Shown piece by piece: positions 1 through 8,764 of a DNA stretch of 64,000 bases. Numbering within the stretch: position 1 is the stretch's first letter; each line of letters begins with the position of its first letter. The stretch spans positions 34,097-98,096 of the forward strand of contig JAHJQF010000001.1 of the NCBI GenBank assembly GCA_018819405.1. The letters run 5' to 3'. The notes beneath the pieces were generated by a model. That model searched no databases. It worked only from the letters and a program-made list of their open reading frames with translations, and had not been told where the DNA came from. This stretch comes from Patescibacteria group bacterium. GTDB taxonomy: Bacteria > Patescibacteriota > Patescibacteriia > UBA1558 > GWA2-36-10. Position numbers and translations under genes: made by a program.

Positions 1-792
1 CAATTATTAAAACAATTCAAAGAATTGGGTTTGTATCCACCTGATGGTTTCGATCCAATAAAGCATACTTACTATGAACCATTTGTAGGTGGTGGGGCAG
101 TATTTTTGGATTTGTTACCAAAAAAAGCTGTGCTATCAGATTTAAATATTGAGCTTATAACTACTTATAAAGTCATTAAGAATGACGTGACTAAATTGAT
201 AAAACTTTTAAAATCTTATAAATACGATAAAGATTTTTATACCAAAGTAAGGAGTAAAAATATTAAAGATTTATCAGATATTCAAATAGCGGCTAGATTT
301 ATTTATCTTAATCGTACCTGTTTCAATGGACTTTATAGAGTAAATAGAAAAGGAGAATTTAATGTACCCATGGGAGAATATACCAACCCCCTAATTTGTG
401 ATGAGGAAAATCTAAATAAAATTTCCAAAGCTCTCAAAAATGTAAAAATATACAACGAAGATTATAAAAAAGTTTTAAAGCGTGCCAAAAAAGGTGACTT
501 TATTTATTTTGATCCGCCATATTATCCAGTAAATAAGACTTCAAATTTTACCAACTATACTACTCAAGATTTTTTGGAAAAAGAACAAGCAGAGCTCAGA
601 AATACTTTTTTTGAGCTACATAAACGAGGTTGTTTTGTAATGTTATCAAATTCTGATACCCCATTTATAAACAAACTTTATTCAAATTTAGATAAAAAGA
701 TAAAAGTAAATAAAGTGTTAGCTGGTAGAAATGTAAATTCTGATGCTAAAAAAAGAGGCAAGATAAAAGAAGTTTTGGTTATTAATTATTAG
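1..792 (+). CDS. Dam/DpnM-family GATC N6-adenine DNA methyltransferase (5'-partial, starts upstream of window)
   Basis: Frame is open from nt 1. Translation aligns with the Dam/DpnM family (alpha-class D12): YEPFVGGGAVFLDL (motif I), NGLYRVNRKGEFNVPMG, GDFIYFDPPY (motif IV), FVMLSNS, RGKIKEVLVINY C-terminus. Confidence 0.9.
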   Translation, partial: QLLKQFKELGLYPPDGFDPIKHTYYEPFVGGGAVFLDLLPKKAVLSDLNIELITTYKVIKNDVTKLIKLLKSYKYDKDFYTKVRSKNIKDLSDIQIAARFIYLNRTCFNGLYRVNRKGEFNVPMGEYTNPLICDEENLNKISKALKNVKIYNEDYKKVLKRAKKGDFIYFDPPYYPVNKTSNFTNYTTQDFLEKEQAELRNTFFELHKRGCFVMLSNSDTPFINKLYSNLDKKIKVNKVLAGRNVNSDAKKRGKIKEVLVINY

Positions 793-796
793 TTTT

Positions 797-2425
797 ATGG
801 ATTTTTTTGCTAAAAGTTATAAATTATCAGCTATTTTACAAAAAAGAGAATTTATAATACCAGAATTTCAGAGAGAATATACGTGGGGAAAAGATCAGTT
901 AGATGAATTTTGGGATGATATAAATTCTGCCGAAGGTGATTATTTTTTAGGAACAATTGTGTTATCTGGCAAAGACTTTGATAGTATGGGACCCTTTAGA
1001 ATCATAGATGGACAACAAAGGTTGACCACAATATTAATTTTAATTAATAGATTAATATTTAGATTTGAAAATATAAAAGAAGGTAATGAATTAGCAGAGG
1101 CTCTGAAGAGTAGAATATTTTTTAAGGATGATAACGCAAAAGATCATATAATATTGCAAAATCAAAATGCTCATAAATATTTTCAAGACATTGTTTTGTA
1201 TAATAATGTAAATAATGATAGCAACGTAGAGGCTAAAAAATTAAATGAAGCAAAAGAATATTTTAGTAGTAAATTAAAATCTTTTGATATAGTTAAATTG
1301 AAAGATATCAGAAATATTTTATTAAATCTCGATTTTATAGTTGTCCTTCAGGATGATGATCAAAGTGCTATAAATATTTTCGTAACTCTGAATTTTAGAG
1401 GTGTTAATTTAGATATTTTAGATCTAGTCAAGAGTTTTATTGTTACAAAATTTAAAAAACAAGAAGGGATAGATGATCCTAGGGTTACATGGAAAAATAT
1501 TTTAGAAAATATAAAAATAAATAGAAAAAATTTTTTTAATAGATATTGGGCATCATATTATGAAAAAATTAGTGAGCCTAAATTATATAAAAATTTTAAC
1601 AACAAGAAAGACTCTATAGGAGCTGAAAATCTTTTAAAAAGTCTTTTAAAATTTTCAGAAGTATATAGAGATGCTTTGGATTCTGAGTCAACAGATTGGG
1701 GATTATATTGTCCTTATGATAAAAAATTAGGCACTAAAATTAGAGGAATGATTTATTCATTGGATAAATTTAATATAAAAGTACATTATTCATTTCTTAT
1801 CACTTTGCTTGAATTATCAAAAAATAAAAAAATACATCAAAATAAAATTATCAAAATGATTAGTATCATTGAAAAATTTCATTTTTTATTTAATGCTGTT
1901 TGTTCATATAGACCATCTGGCTTGGACACTTTATATTCTAAATACGCAGTACAGCTTAGACTTGAGGGGGAAGATAGTGATTCAATTTTTTCAAGTTTAA
2001 CAGAAGAATTAGTTAAAAGAATCCCCGAAAAAGAGGAGTTTATCTCATTATTTAAAGAATTAAGTTATACGAAAGATAAGGGTTTAATTTTGTATATTTT
2101 TAGATTATTAGAGAAAAAATATTCGCCAGGAAAGGATGTTGATATATCAGAAGAATCGTTAGATCATTTATCCCCTCAAGCCAGTAATGAAGTTTGGACT
2201 CATAATATTGGCAATTTAATTTTATTGGAAAAAGAGCTTAACAAAAAAAGAGACAACAAAGATTTATCATCTTCATATAAAATAATGGAAAAAACATCAT
2301 TTGAATCCACATCAAATTTTTTAAAAGTTAAACTTTCTAAATGGGATGAAGAAGCTTGTAAGCAAAGAGCGATAATTTTGGCGGAGGAAATATATAATTA
2401 CACTATTAATAGTTTAAAAATATGA
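797..2425 (+). CDS. DUF262 (ParB/Srx-like, DGQQR) + DUF1524 (His-Me finger) protein, GmrSD/type IV restriction-like
   Basis: N-terminal IPEFQREYTW...DGQQRLTT motif is typical of DUF262. C-terminal DHLSPQAS...WTHNIGNLILLEKELNKKRDNK is a DUF1524 His-Me finger-like nuclease motif. Start is 5 nt after the MTase stop, and the stop overlaps the next start (ATGA). Confidence 0.75.
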   Translation: MDFFAKSYKLSAILQKREFIIPEFQREYTWGKDQLDEFWDDINSAEGDYFLGTIVLSGKDFDSMGPFRIIDGQQRLTTILILINRLIFRFENIKEGNELAEALKSRIFFKDDNAKDHIILQNQNAHKYFQDIVLYNNVNNDSNVEAKKLNEAKEYFSSKLKSFDIVKLKDIRNILLNLDFIVVLQDDDQSAINIFVTLNFRGVNLDILDLVKSFIVTKFKKQEGIDDPRVTWKNILENIKINRKNFFNRYWASYYEKISEPKLYKNFNNKKDSIGAENLLKSLLKFSEVYRDALDSESTDWGLYCPYDKKLGTKIRGMIYSLDKFNIKVHYSFLITLLELSKNKKIHQNKIIKMISIIEKFHFLFNAVCSYRPSGLDTLYSKYAVQLRLEGEDSDSIFSSLTEELVKRIPEKEEFISLFKELSYTKDKGLILYIFRLLEKKYSPGKDVDISEESLDHLSPQASNEVWTHNIGNLILLEKELNKKRDNKDLSSSYKIMEKTSFESTSNFLKVKLSKWDEEACKQRAIILAEEIYNYTINSLKI

Positions 2426-2958
2426 AAAAAGACGGAACAGGTGGCTCTAACACACAAACAGGAATTAATTTTGAAAATAAAATAGATTTATTAGTTTTTT
2501 TAGATAAAAATGTTAAAGGGTATTCTGTAAAAAAAGTAGGCATAGGCTCAGAAATTTATTATGAAAATAAATTAGTTGCAAATTCTTTTAAGAAACACGA
2601 GCTTTATAAGTTCCTTAGTTCTAAGGGAATTGATTACAAAAAATATTTATCAAAAAAATTGTTGCCAGATGATGCTATCTACGTAATTAAAGAAAATACC
2701 CTTTTTATTATAGAAGTTAAATATCAGCAAGTTGGTGGCTCGGTAGATGAAAAATTACAGACTTGTGATTTTAAATTGAAGCAATATAAAAAACTTTTTT
2801 CAGAATTAAATTATGAAGTGGAATATATTTATATTATTAGTGATTGGTTTAAGAGCGATGGTTATAAAGATACTTTAGAATATATTATAGAAGTTGGTTG
2901 TAAATATTATTTTGAATATTTACCACTACATAAAATAGGCCTGCCTGTGCCAAAATAA
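2422..2958 (+). CDS. Short PD-(D/E)xK nuclease resembling the catalytic core of DpnII/MboI-family restriction endonucleases (possibly truncated)
   Basis: LPDDAIYVIKENTLFIIEVKYQQVGGSVDEKL carries a D...(D/E)-x-K signature and resembles the C-terminal core of R.DpnII (recalled from memory). At 178 aa it is much shorter than the about 288 aa DpnII REase. Confidence 0.5.
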   Translation: MKKDGTGGSNTQTGINFENKIDLLVFLDKNVKGYSVKKVGIGSEIYYENKLVANSFKKHELYKFLSSKGIDYKKYLSKKLLPDDAIYVIKENTLFIIEVKYQQVGGSVDEKLQTCDFKLKQYKKLFSELNYEVEYIYIISDWFKSDGYKDTLEYIIEVGCKYYFEYLPLHKIGLPVPK

Positions 2959-2962
2959 AAAT

Positions 2963-3712
2963 ATGAAGAAAAGCGAAGTTAATTTACACCCAGAAAATTT
3001 TGATTTAGAGTGTACTACGGTTTGGTCATTTCCCAGACGTGGTAAATGGGCTACGCATAAATCAGATTGGCGTGGAAATTGGGCACCAGAAGTAGTGCGC
3101 AATCTTATTTTACGTTATTCAAAAGAAGGCGATCATTTGCTTGATTGTATGATTGGCGGGGGAACAACTGCCATTGAAGCCAAAATTTTAAATAGAAATA
3201 TAACCTGCGTAGACGTAAACGAAGAAGCTCTGGAAATAACCAAAAAAGTTTTAAAATTTGAAGTTGACAATCAAGCAACACAAAGGATAAAGAAGTGTGA
3301 TGCTAGGCAAATGAGTTTTATAAAAGATGAAGAGATTGATTTTGTGCTTACTCACCCACCATATGCAGATATTATAAAATACAGTGATGGAAAAATAAAA
3401 GAAGATTTATCAAATATTCATGACATTGATGAATTTGTAAAAGAGATGGCTTTTGTAGCTAAAGAAATTTATAGGGTTTTAAAACCAGGTAAATATTGTG
3501 CAATTTTGATTGGTGACACCAGAAGACAAAAGATGTATCAGGTGATTTCTTATAAGGTAATGGATGAATTTATAAAATTAGGATTTAAACTAAAAGAGGA
3601 TATTATAAAACAACAGCATAATTGTAAGGCTACTGGTTTTTGGGCTAAAAAATCAAAAGAATATAATTTTTTACTTATAATGCACGAGCATCTATTTATT
3701 TTTCAGAAATAA
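2963..3712 (+). CDS. N6-adenine/N4-cytosine (amino) DNA methyltransferase, DpnA-like but with motif I preceding motif IV
   Basis: SKEGDHLLDCMIGGGTTAIEA (AdoMet-binding motif I) is followed by FVLTHPPYADI (motif IV, (D/N/S/T)PPY). The N-terminal half resembles the C-terminal half of beta-class MTases such as DpnA (recalled from memory), i.e. a permuted order. Confidence 0.7.
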   Translation: MKKSEVNLHPENFDLECTTVWSFPRRGKWATHKSDWRGNWAPEVVRNLILRYSKEGDHLLDCMIGGGTTAIEAKILNRNITCVDVNEEALEITKKVLKFEVDNQATQRIKKCDARQMSFIKDEEIDFVLTHPPYADIIKYSDGKIKEDLSNIHDIDEFVKEMAFVAKEIYRVLKPGKYCAILIGDTRRQKMYQVISYKVMDEFIKLGFKLKEDIIKQQHNCKATGFWAKKSKEYNFLLIMHEHLFIFQK

Positions 3713-3726
3713 TTTTTACAAGCTAT

Positions 3727-3757
3727 TAAAAAACTGACCCCTAGGGTCAGTTTTTTA
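3727..3757. terminator. Bidirectional rho-independent terminator between convergent genes
   Basis: aaaaaa-CTGACCC-cta-GGGTCAG-tttttt: 7-bp stem flanked by an A-run and a T-run. Confidence 0.7.
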
Positions 3758-3766
3758 TTAATTTAT

Positions 3767-4288
3767 CTATTTCTTTTTAGCAACTGCTTTTTTCTTGGGA
3801 GCTGCTTTTTTCTTGGCCGGAGCTTTTTTGGCTACGACTTTTTTCTTGCTAGTTGCTTTGACTTCTACTACCACCGGTGTCTCATCAGCTTCTACTTCTG
3901 TAGTAGGAGCGTCTGGTACCAATACTTTCATCAATTGGTCTACTTTGTAGTTTAGAGTCTTGATAGCTTTGAGGATTTCTTTTTCTTTGGAATCCTGAGC
4001 TACTTTTGCTCCCCTGTCTTCAAAGCTTGGTCTTCTGTCTCTAGCACCTCTATCACCGCCGCCTTGTTTGCTAAAACAATCACTGCAGTAAATAGGCTTG
4101 TCGCCACGAGGCTTGAATGGCACTTCGCACTCTTTGTGACAGGCATCACAAATTGCTTTGTGCATACTTGGACGGTCAAAACCTCCGCCGCCTCTATTGA
4201 ATCCCCCACCTGAACCACGGCGATCAAAGCCGCCTCTGTCTCTCCTGTCACCTGACCTACCGCCTCTATCCCTGTTAAAATTTCCCAT
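3767..4288 (-). CDS. Small nucleic-acid-binding-like protein: RGG/Gly-Arg-rich N-terminus, FCS/YacG-like C-x2-C...YCSDC zinc ribbon, Lys/Ala-rich histone H1-like tail
   Basis: RGGFDRRGSGGGFNRGGGGFDRP repeats; CDACHKECEVPFKPRGDKPIYCSDCF (C-x2-C-x18-C-x2-C); C-terminal KKKVVAKKAPAKKKAAPKKKAVAKKK. Confidence 0.6.
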   Translation of the reverse strand: MGNFNRDRGGRSGDRRDRGGFDRRGSGGGFNRGGGGFDRPSMHKAICDACHKECEVPFKPRGDKPIYCSDCFSKQGGGDRGARDRRPSFEDRGAKVAQDSKEKEILKAIKTLNYKVDQLMKVLVPDAPTTEVEADETPVVVEVKATSKKKVVAKKAPAKKKAAPKKKAVAKKK

Positions 4289-4419
4289 AATTTTAGCCCG
4301 TTAAACATTCGCCCAGCGAATCCTGCCAAGCAAGATTTAACGGGGTGAACTCTAATTAGTTAATATATAGTTCCATTCTAGCTGTTTGGCCAATAAAAAG
4401 CAATGGCCGACCTATATTT

Positions 4420-6174
4420 CTAGTCCGCTACTAATTGTAACTGACCATTTACTGACTTGATATGATAAAGCTCGTAGTCTATCTGATTGTCTTGCCAAGT
4501 GACAGCGACGGCCAATTCTTTTTGAGTATCCTCAGAAAAATATTGATCAAAGACAAAATTTCCCAGGGAATAAAAAATAGGTCTGTCTTTGTATATTTCC
4601 ACGCCTTGGACTACATGAGGATGATGCCCAATTATGACATCAGAGCCTACATCAATCAATTGATGAGCCATTTTTTGTTGGCTACTATTGTAATCAAGCT
4701 GATATTCCTCGCCCCAGTGAACATTGACCACTACCAGCTCTGCCTGCTCTTTGAGTGCTTTGATTAGCTCGCTAGCTTTGGTCATATCTATTTTGGAGCC
4801 AACTGTACTCAAACCAATCATAGCAACACTGCGTCCCTCTACTGACAAAACAGTAGCTGAACAGTCCGCCACTTGACCATCTTGGCAACCAGAAAAATCA
4901 AAATCCAACTGGCTGAGATTGTTTCTGGTTTCTTCTAGGCCTTTTTGACCCTGATCAGCCAAATGATTATTAGCCAGATTAAAAAAAGTAAAATATTTGT
5001 CTAGCTGGGAAACTATATTGGGCGCAAAAGCAAAATCATAATTTTTGATAGGGTCATAATGAGCGCCACTACTGGTAACTGCGCCTTCTAGATTGGCACT
5101 TACTAAATCATAGCCCACAAAAAAATCATCAGCTACCAAATTGCCAAAAATATAGTCCAAGCCTTTTTGGTCAATCAAGGTTTTGACATACCTATCTAGC
5201 ATCAGGTCACCTGTAAAAAGCATTTTGATAGGTCGTTGGCTGATAATTTTATTGCTACTAAAAAATCCCGTCACATAGCTGGTCGTACTGTCCAAATCTG
5301 GCTTGTCTGCTAATATAGCGGAATTGGAATTGTCCAAAAGATTAAAACTCTTGCCTGACAACTGAGCAAACTTTAAAATAGTATAAATAGAAGCTGGTGA
5401 ATCAACTGCTATATTGTAGATATTATCAAAGTCAAAATTATTTATGGTGGCAATAGACAGCTTGTCGTCTTTTTGAGCCTCTTGACTAGTCTGGTAATGA
5501 GAAAAATCTACACTAGCTAAAACTAATATTTTTTTGTCTTGGCTCAAATCATACAAAGACTGCGCCAATTGACTGGCTGATTGAGCATCCACAGTAGGCT
5601 TTAAGATAATAGGCAAAAACTTGGCCTTAGGAAATGTCTTTTTGATAAAAGAAACTTCACTAAAAATGGCGTGTTCATTTCTGATTGCCTCTTCATCAAT
5701 TGCTATGTCATTTGACTGAGTCAATCTCTTGGCTGTCTGACTATCATAGGCCAACACTCCGTATGGCGTCTGCCAGTCATAGGCTGAACTTATCATATCG
5801 CTATTTCCAGCCAAAAAATGATTGGGTCCAATAAGAATGACAGTATCAAAGTCCTGACCTTCCAAATTGTAAAAAAAGTTGGCTATCAAATCAGCGGCCA
5901 AAAGATGATGAGGAATAATACCAGCCACTACGGCCTCTGTGCTAGCTGGCTGTTTTATTTTGACAAATTTGTAAGCAATCTCAAAAAAATCTTTGTCTCT
6001 AGGAAAAGAATATTGGAATTCTTTGTCTAGCAACTCGTCGCTGTTTTGATTTTGTAGTTGAGCCAGTACCAAATCATTGCTTTTGAAATAAGCAAAAACA
6101 GAAGTTAATAAGCCTATCAATGATAGGCTTATTAAAACTAAAGAAAATATTAATCTGAGACTTGCTTTTTGCAT
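4420..6174 (-). CDS. Membrane-anchored fusion: Memo/AmmeMemoRadiSam-B-like domain + CapA (PGA_cap) metallophosphatase-like domain
   Basis: N-terminal TM helix. VVAGIIPHH...ILIGPNHF resembles the Memo family. The C-terminal half has LFTGDLMLDR...NVHWGEEY...IIGHHPHVVQGVE...YSLGNFVFDQ, typical of CapA-family proteins. Confidence 0.6.
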   Translation of the reverse strand: MQKASLRLIFSLVLISLSLIGLLTSVFAYFKSNDLVLAQLQNQNSDELLDKEFQYSFPRDKDFFEIAYKFVKIKQPASTEAVVAGIIPHHLLAADLIANFFYNLEGQDFDTVILIGPNHFLAGNSDMISSAYDWQTPYGVLAYDSQTAKRLTQSNDIAIDEEAIRNEHAIFSEVSFIKKTFPKAKFLPIILKPTVDAQSASQLAQSLYDLSQDKKILVLASVDFSHYQTSQEAQKDDKLSIATINNFDFDNIYNIAVDSPASIYTILKFAQLSGKSFNLLDNSNSAILADKPDLDSTTSYVTGFFSSNKIISQRPIKMLFTGDLMLDRYVKTLIDQKGLDYIFGNLVADDFFVGYDLVSANLEGAVTSSGAHYDPIKNYDFAFAPNIVSQLDKYFTFFNLANNHLADQGQKGLEETRNNLSQLDFDFSGCQDGQVADCSATVLSVEGRSVAMIGLSTVGSKIDMTKASELIKALKEQAELVVVNVHWGEEYQLDYNSSQQKMAHQLIDVGSDVIIGHHPHVVQGVEIYKDRPIFYSLGNFVFDQYFSEDTQKELAVAVTWQDNQIDYELYHIKSVNGQLQLVAD

Positions 6175-8658
6175 TTATTTTATAAGCTCGCTGGACCACT
6201 TGTCCTGTTGTGGCATAGTGCCATTTGATTTGTAGGCTATGTCTTGCCAGTCTTCATCGGACAAGCGCTCATCAAGTGTATCAGCAAATTCATAATGACT
6301 ATAGACTACTCCTCTAGTCAATCTAGTGCCATTTGTATCACTGACTGCCACATAGACAATATATGGTTTGCCGGTTGCTTGATATAGAATCTGCTCATTG
6401 ACAGCATCAGTATGTATATCAGCTATTATGCCGGCTCTTTTTTCTTTGTCGGTCAATTCTCCACCTGGCAAAGGCTCAACAATTCTAGACAAGCTAGTAC
6501 TGATAGTGCGCAGTTTTTCAAAATCATCATCGCTGATAGTTTGATTGCTCAATTCTTTTTCGGCCAGCTGTCTGAAGAAAATGGCACTGTCTATAAAGCT
6601 CTGATATTTATACTCATACTCTTCTGGAAATACCTCTCTATCTTTGAGACCATTCATAGTGACTGTAGCCAAATCTACAATTTTGTTCCAAAATTCCAGA
6701 TCAGCTTCTACATAACCTTTGACCACTTCTGGCACATCCTTTGGCACGTCACCTCCACCACCGAGCTCGGCATAGGACTGTTTGGCATAAAGCAAAGTAT
6801 CGTGCTTGAGCTCAGTATAAGAGCCTAGTGTTGTACCTATATTTTTCTTTTGCCAGCTACCCGTCTGCATAAAATATGGATAGCCTTCACCATAAGCACC
6901 AAGCAAGCTAGAAAAAATATCCAACCAACGCCAATAAATATTTTTTCTCCACATATCCTGATCATAAGCGGCAAATTCCATATCCAATCTACCAAGTACT
7001 TTGGCTATTATTTTGTCAGATTCTCTATTCTGCTCTTTGATGCGCACCGGATCATTTATCCAATCATTGAGATAGCTACTAACTACTTGATTGTCTGGAG
7101 CCAAGACTCTAAGAGGCATCAAAGTTGTCGGCATAGTCGGCAACATTTGGCCGGTCTCTGGATCAGGAACACCAACCCCTTGGGTCAAATTATTGATAAT
7201 ATAGGCATCAGGAGTAAAACGCTGACCCATAAAACGAAATTGTTTCAGATTGTTTAGCATTTCTTCTCTTTGACCGCCGTCATCATTGACATCCAATACT
7301 TCTGAAACTATGCGTGGGGCAGGCAAATCTTTTTTGGCTTGAGTGATAAACTCTGCCAACTTGGCCTGATCAAATAACTGAGCAGTAGATACATTTGCTC
7401 CATAGACTTTTTTGATTTCATCAGTATATTGATAAGCCGTCAAATCATCTACATCCCCGACAAAAAAATCAATCACATCGGACATGTCTGACCACATCTT
7501 AGCCAGACTTTGATCACTTACTTTGAGATTGTTTATTTGTCCAGTGATAAGTATGGCATCTCTGGTCAAAGGCTCGCTCATCAAAGGAAAGCCCATACGA
7601 CCATACCACATCATGGCTATGAAATAGCTTTTTAATACATCATTTTTGGTATAGTGTGAGCGCGGCTTAAATTGGGAATAGTCATTGGTAAATTCTGGTC
7701 TAAGCGGACTAAACAATGGCGAGGGAGCTAGACCTTTGGCATTTTGAATTAAGATTAATTCCTGATTAGCCAAGTCATATATTTCATTGTCCAAATTCTG
7801 ACCGGCATACTGCCTACTATTTAGCGAAAAGGCCAAATCCTGCTCACTATTGGCTACTTGCTGATTATCTACTGCTTCTAGATATTGGGTAAAGGTCTCA
7901 AAGTCTTCTGGTTTCAACTGGGCTGAAAAAGAGCTACTACCAGCATCCAAGACTACTAGTGGTATCAAATAATAAACTGACAACCTTTTGTAAGAATCTT
8001 TCAATTCCGGATTTGTCTCCTGATTGTAATGGCTAATTGAATCAATAAATAAAGCCTTGGTCATAGCTTGCAAACTTGGTTGAAATTTGTTTTGCTCTAT
8101 ACTCTGAAAACTTCTATCAATCAATATATGATATAAGTGAAGAGCTAGGTCACTGGAAATAAAAATAGCATCATCTGGCTCACGCAAATACATATTACTA
8201 CTACCATCAAACTTGTCATACATATCTACAAAATCATTCAGTGCTGGAGTCTGACCAACAATGTCATTTACGGCCAAGAAAAAACCATCATTTTCTAAAG
8301 CTGCTTTTTGGCTGTCAGAAAAGCTAACGCCTTGAAAGTCTCCTCCATTTTGCAACTGAGCAAAACTAATTTTGCTAAAAGGTATCATAGCTTTGACTAG
8401 AGCATTACTATAAGTGTCTTGGGCAAAGGCTGTCTTAATCAAACCAAAGCTCCATACTTTATTTTCCATCTGGTTGATATTTTGGTTGGTATTGACCGGC
8501 TGGTCTGGCACTTGAATTTTACTAAAAACAAAATACCAGATAGCTACTATAGCCAAAAGCAACAACACCACGCCAAAAATCAAATAAACACTAATAGATC
8601 TTTTGATTTCTGGCTTAGGATTTTTAGGTGTCGGATTGCTATTTTGTTGAGAATCCAT
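6175..8658 (-). CDS. Large membrane-anchored extracytoplasmic hypothetical protein (827 aa)
   Basis: Single N-terminal TM segment (LIFGVVLLLLAIVAIWYFVF) followed by a long soluble region. No motif recognised with confidence. Confidence 0.4.
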   Translation of the reverse strand: MDSQQNSNPTPKNPKPEIKRSISVYLIFGVVLLLLAIVAIWYFVFSKIQVPDQPVNTNQNINQMENKVWSFGLIKTAFAQDTYSNALVKAMIPFSKISFAQLQNGGDFQGVSFSDSQKAALENDGFFLAVNDIVGQTPALNDFVDMYDKFDGSSNMYLREPDDAIFISSDLALHLYHILIDRSFQSIEQNKFQPSLQAMTKALFIDSISHYNQETNPELKDSYKRLSVYYLIPLVVLDAGSSSFSAQLKPEDFETFTQYLEAVDNQQVANSEQDLAFSLNSRQYAGQNLDNEIYDLANQELILIQNAKGLAPSPLFSPLRPEFTNDYSQFKPRSHYTKNDVLKSYFIAMMWYGRMGFPLMSEPLTRDAILITGQINNLKVSDQSLAKMWSDMSDVIDFFVGDVDDLTAYQYTDEIKKVYGANVSTAQLFDQAKLAEFITQAKKDLPAPRIVSEVLDVNDDGGQREEMLNNLKQFRFMGQRFTPDAYIINNLTQGVGVPDPETGQMLPTMPTTLMPLRVLAPDNQVVSSYLNDWINDPVRIKEQNRESDKIIAKVLGRLDMEFAAYDQDMWRKNIYWRWLDIFSSLLGAYGEGYPYFMQTGSWQKKNIGTTLGSYTELKHDTLLYAKQSYAELGGGGDVPKDVPEVVKGYVEADLEFWNKIVDLATVTMNGLKDREVFPEEYEYKYQSFIDSAIFFRQLAEKELSNQTISDDDFEKLRTISTSLSRIVEPLPGGELTDKEKRAGIIADIHTDAVNEQILYQATGKPYIVYVAVSDTNGTRLTRGVVYSHYEFADTLDERLSDEDWQDIAYKSNGTMPQQDKWSSELIK

Positions 8659-8764
8659 AATTTTTAATTAATTATTTTATTTGACTATATTATAGCAAAA
8701 AAACAGCTTAAAAGCGAGTAGTCAGTTATTATAAATAACATAAAAATATGCTATAATTTTAGTA

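Noticed and set aside
4000-4329. 109-aa ORF in an alternative frame of the RGG/zinc-ribbon gene
   Set aside because: It is a same-strand overlapping frame of a repeat-rich gene. The RGG/CxxC frame has coherent domain structure; this frame does not.
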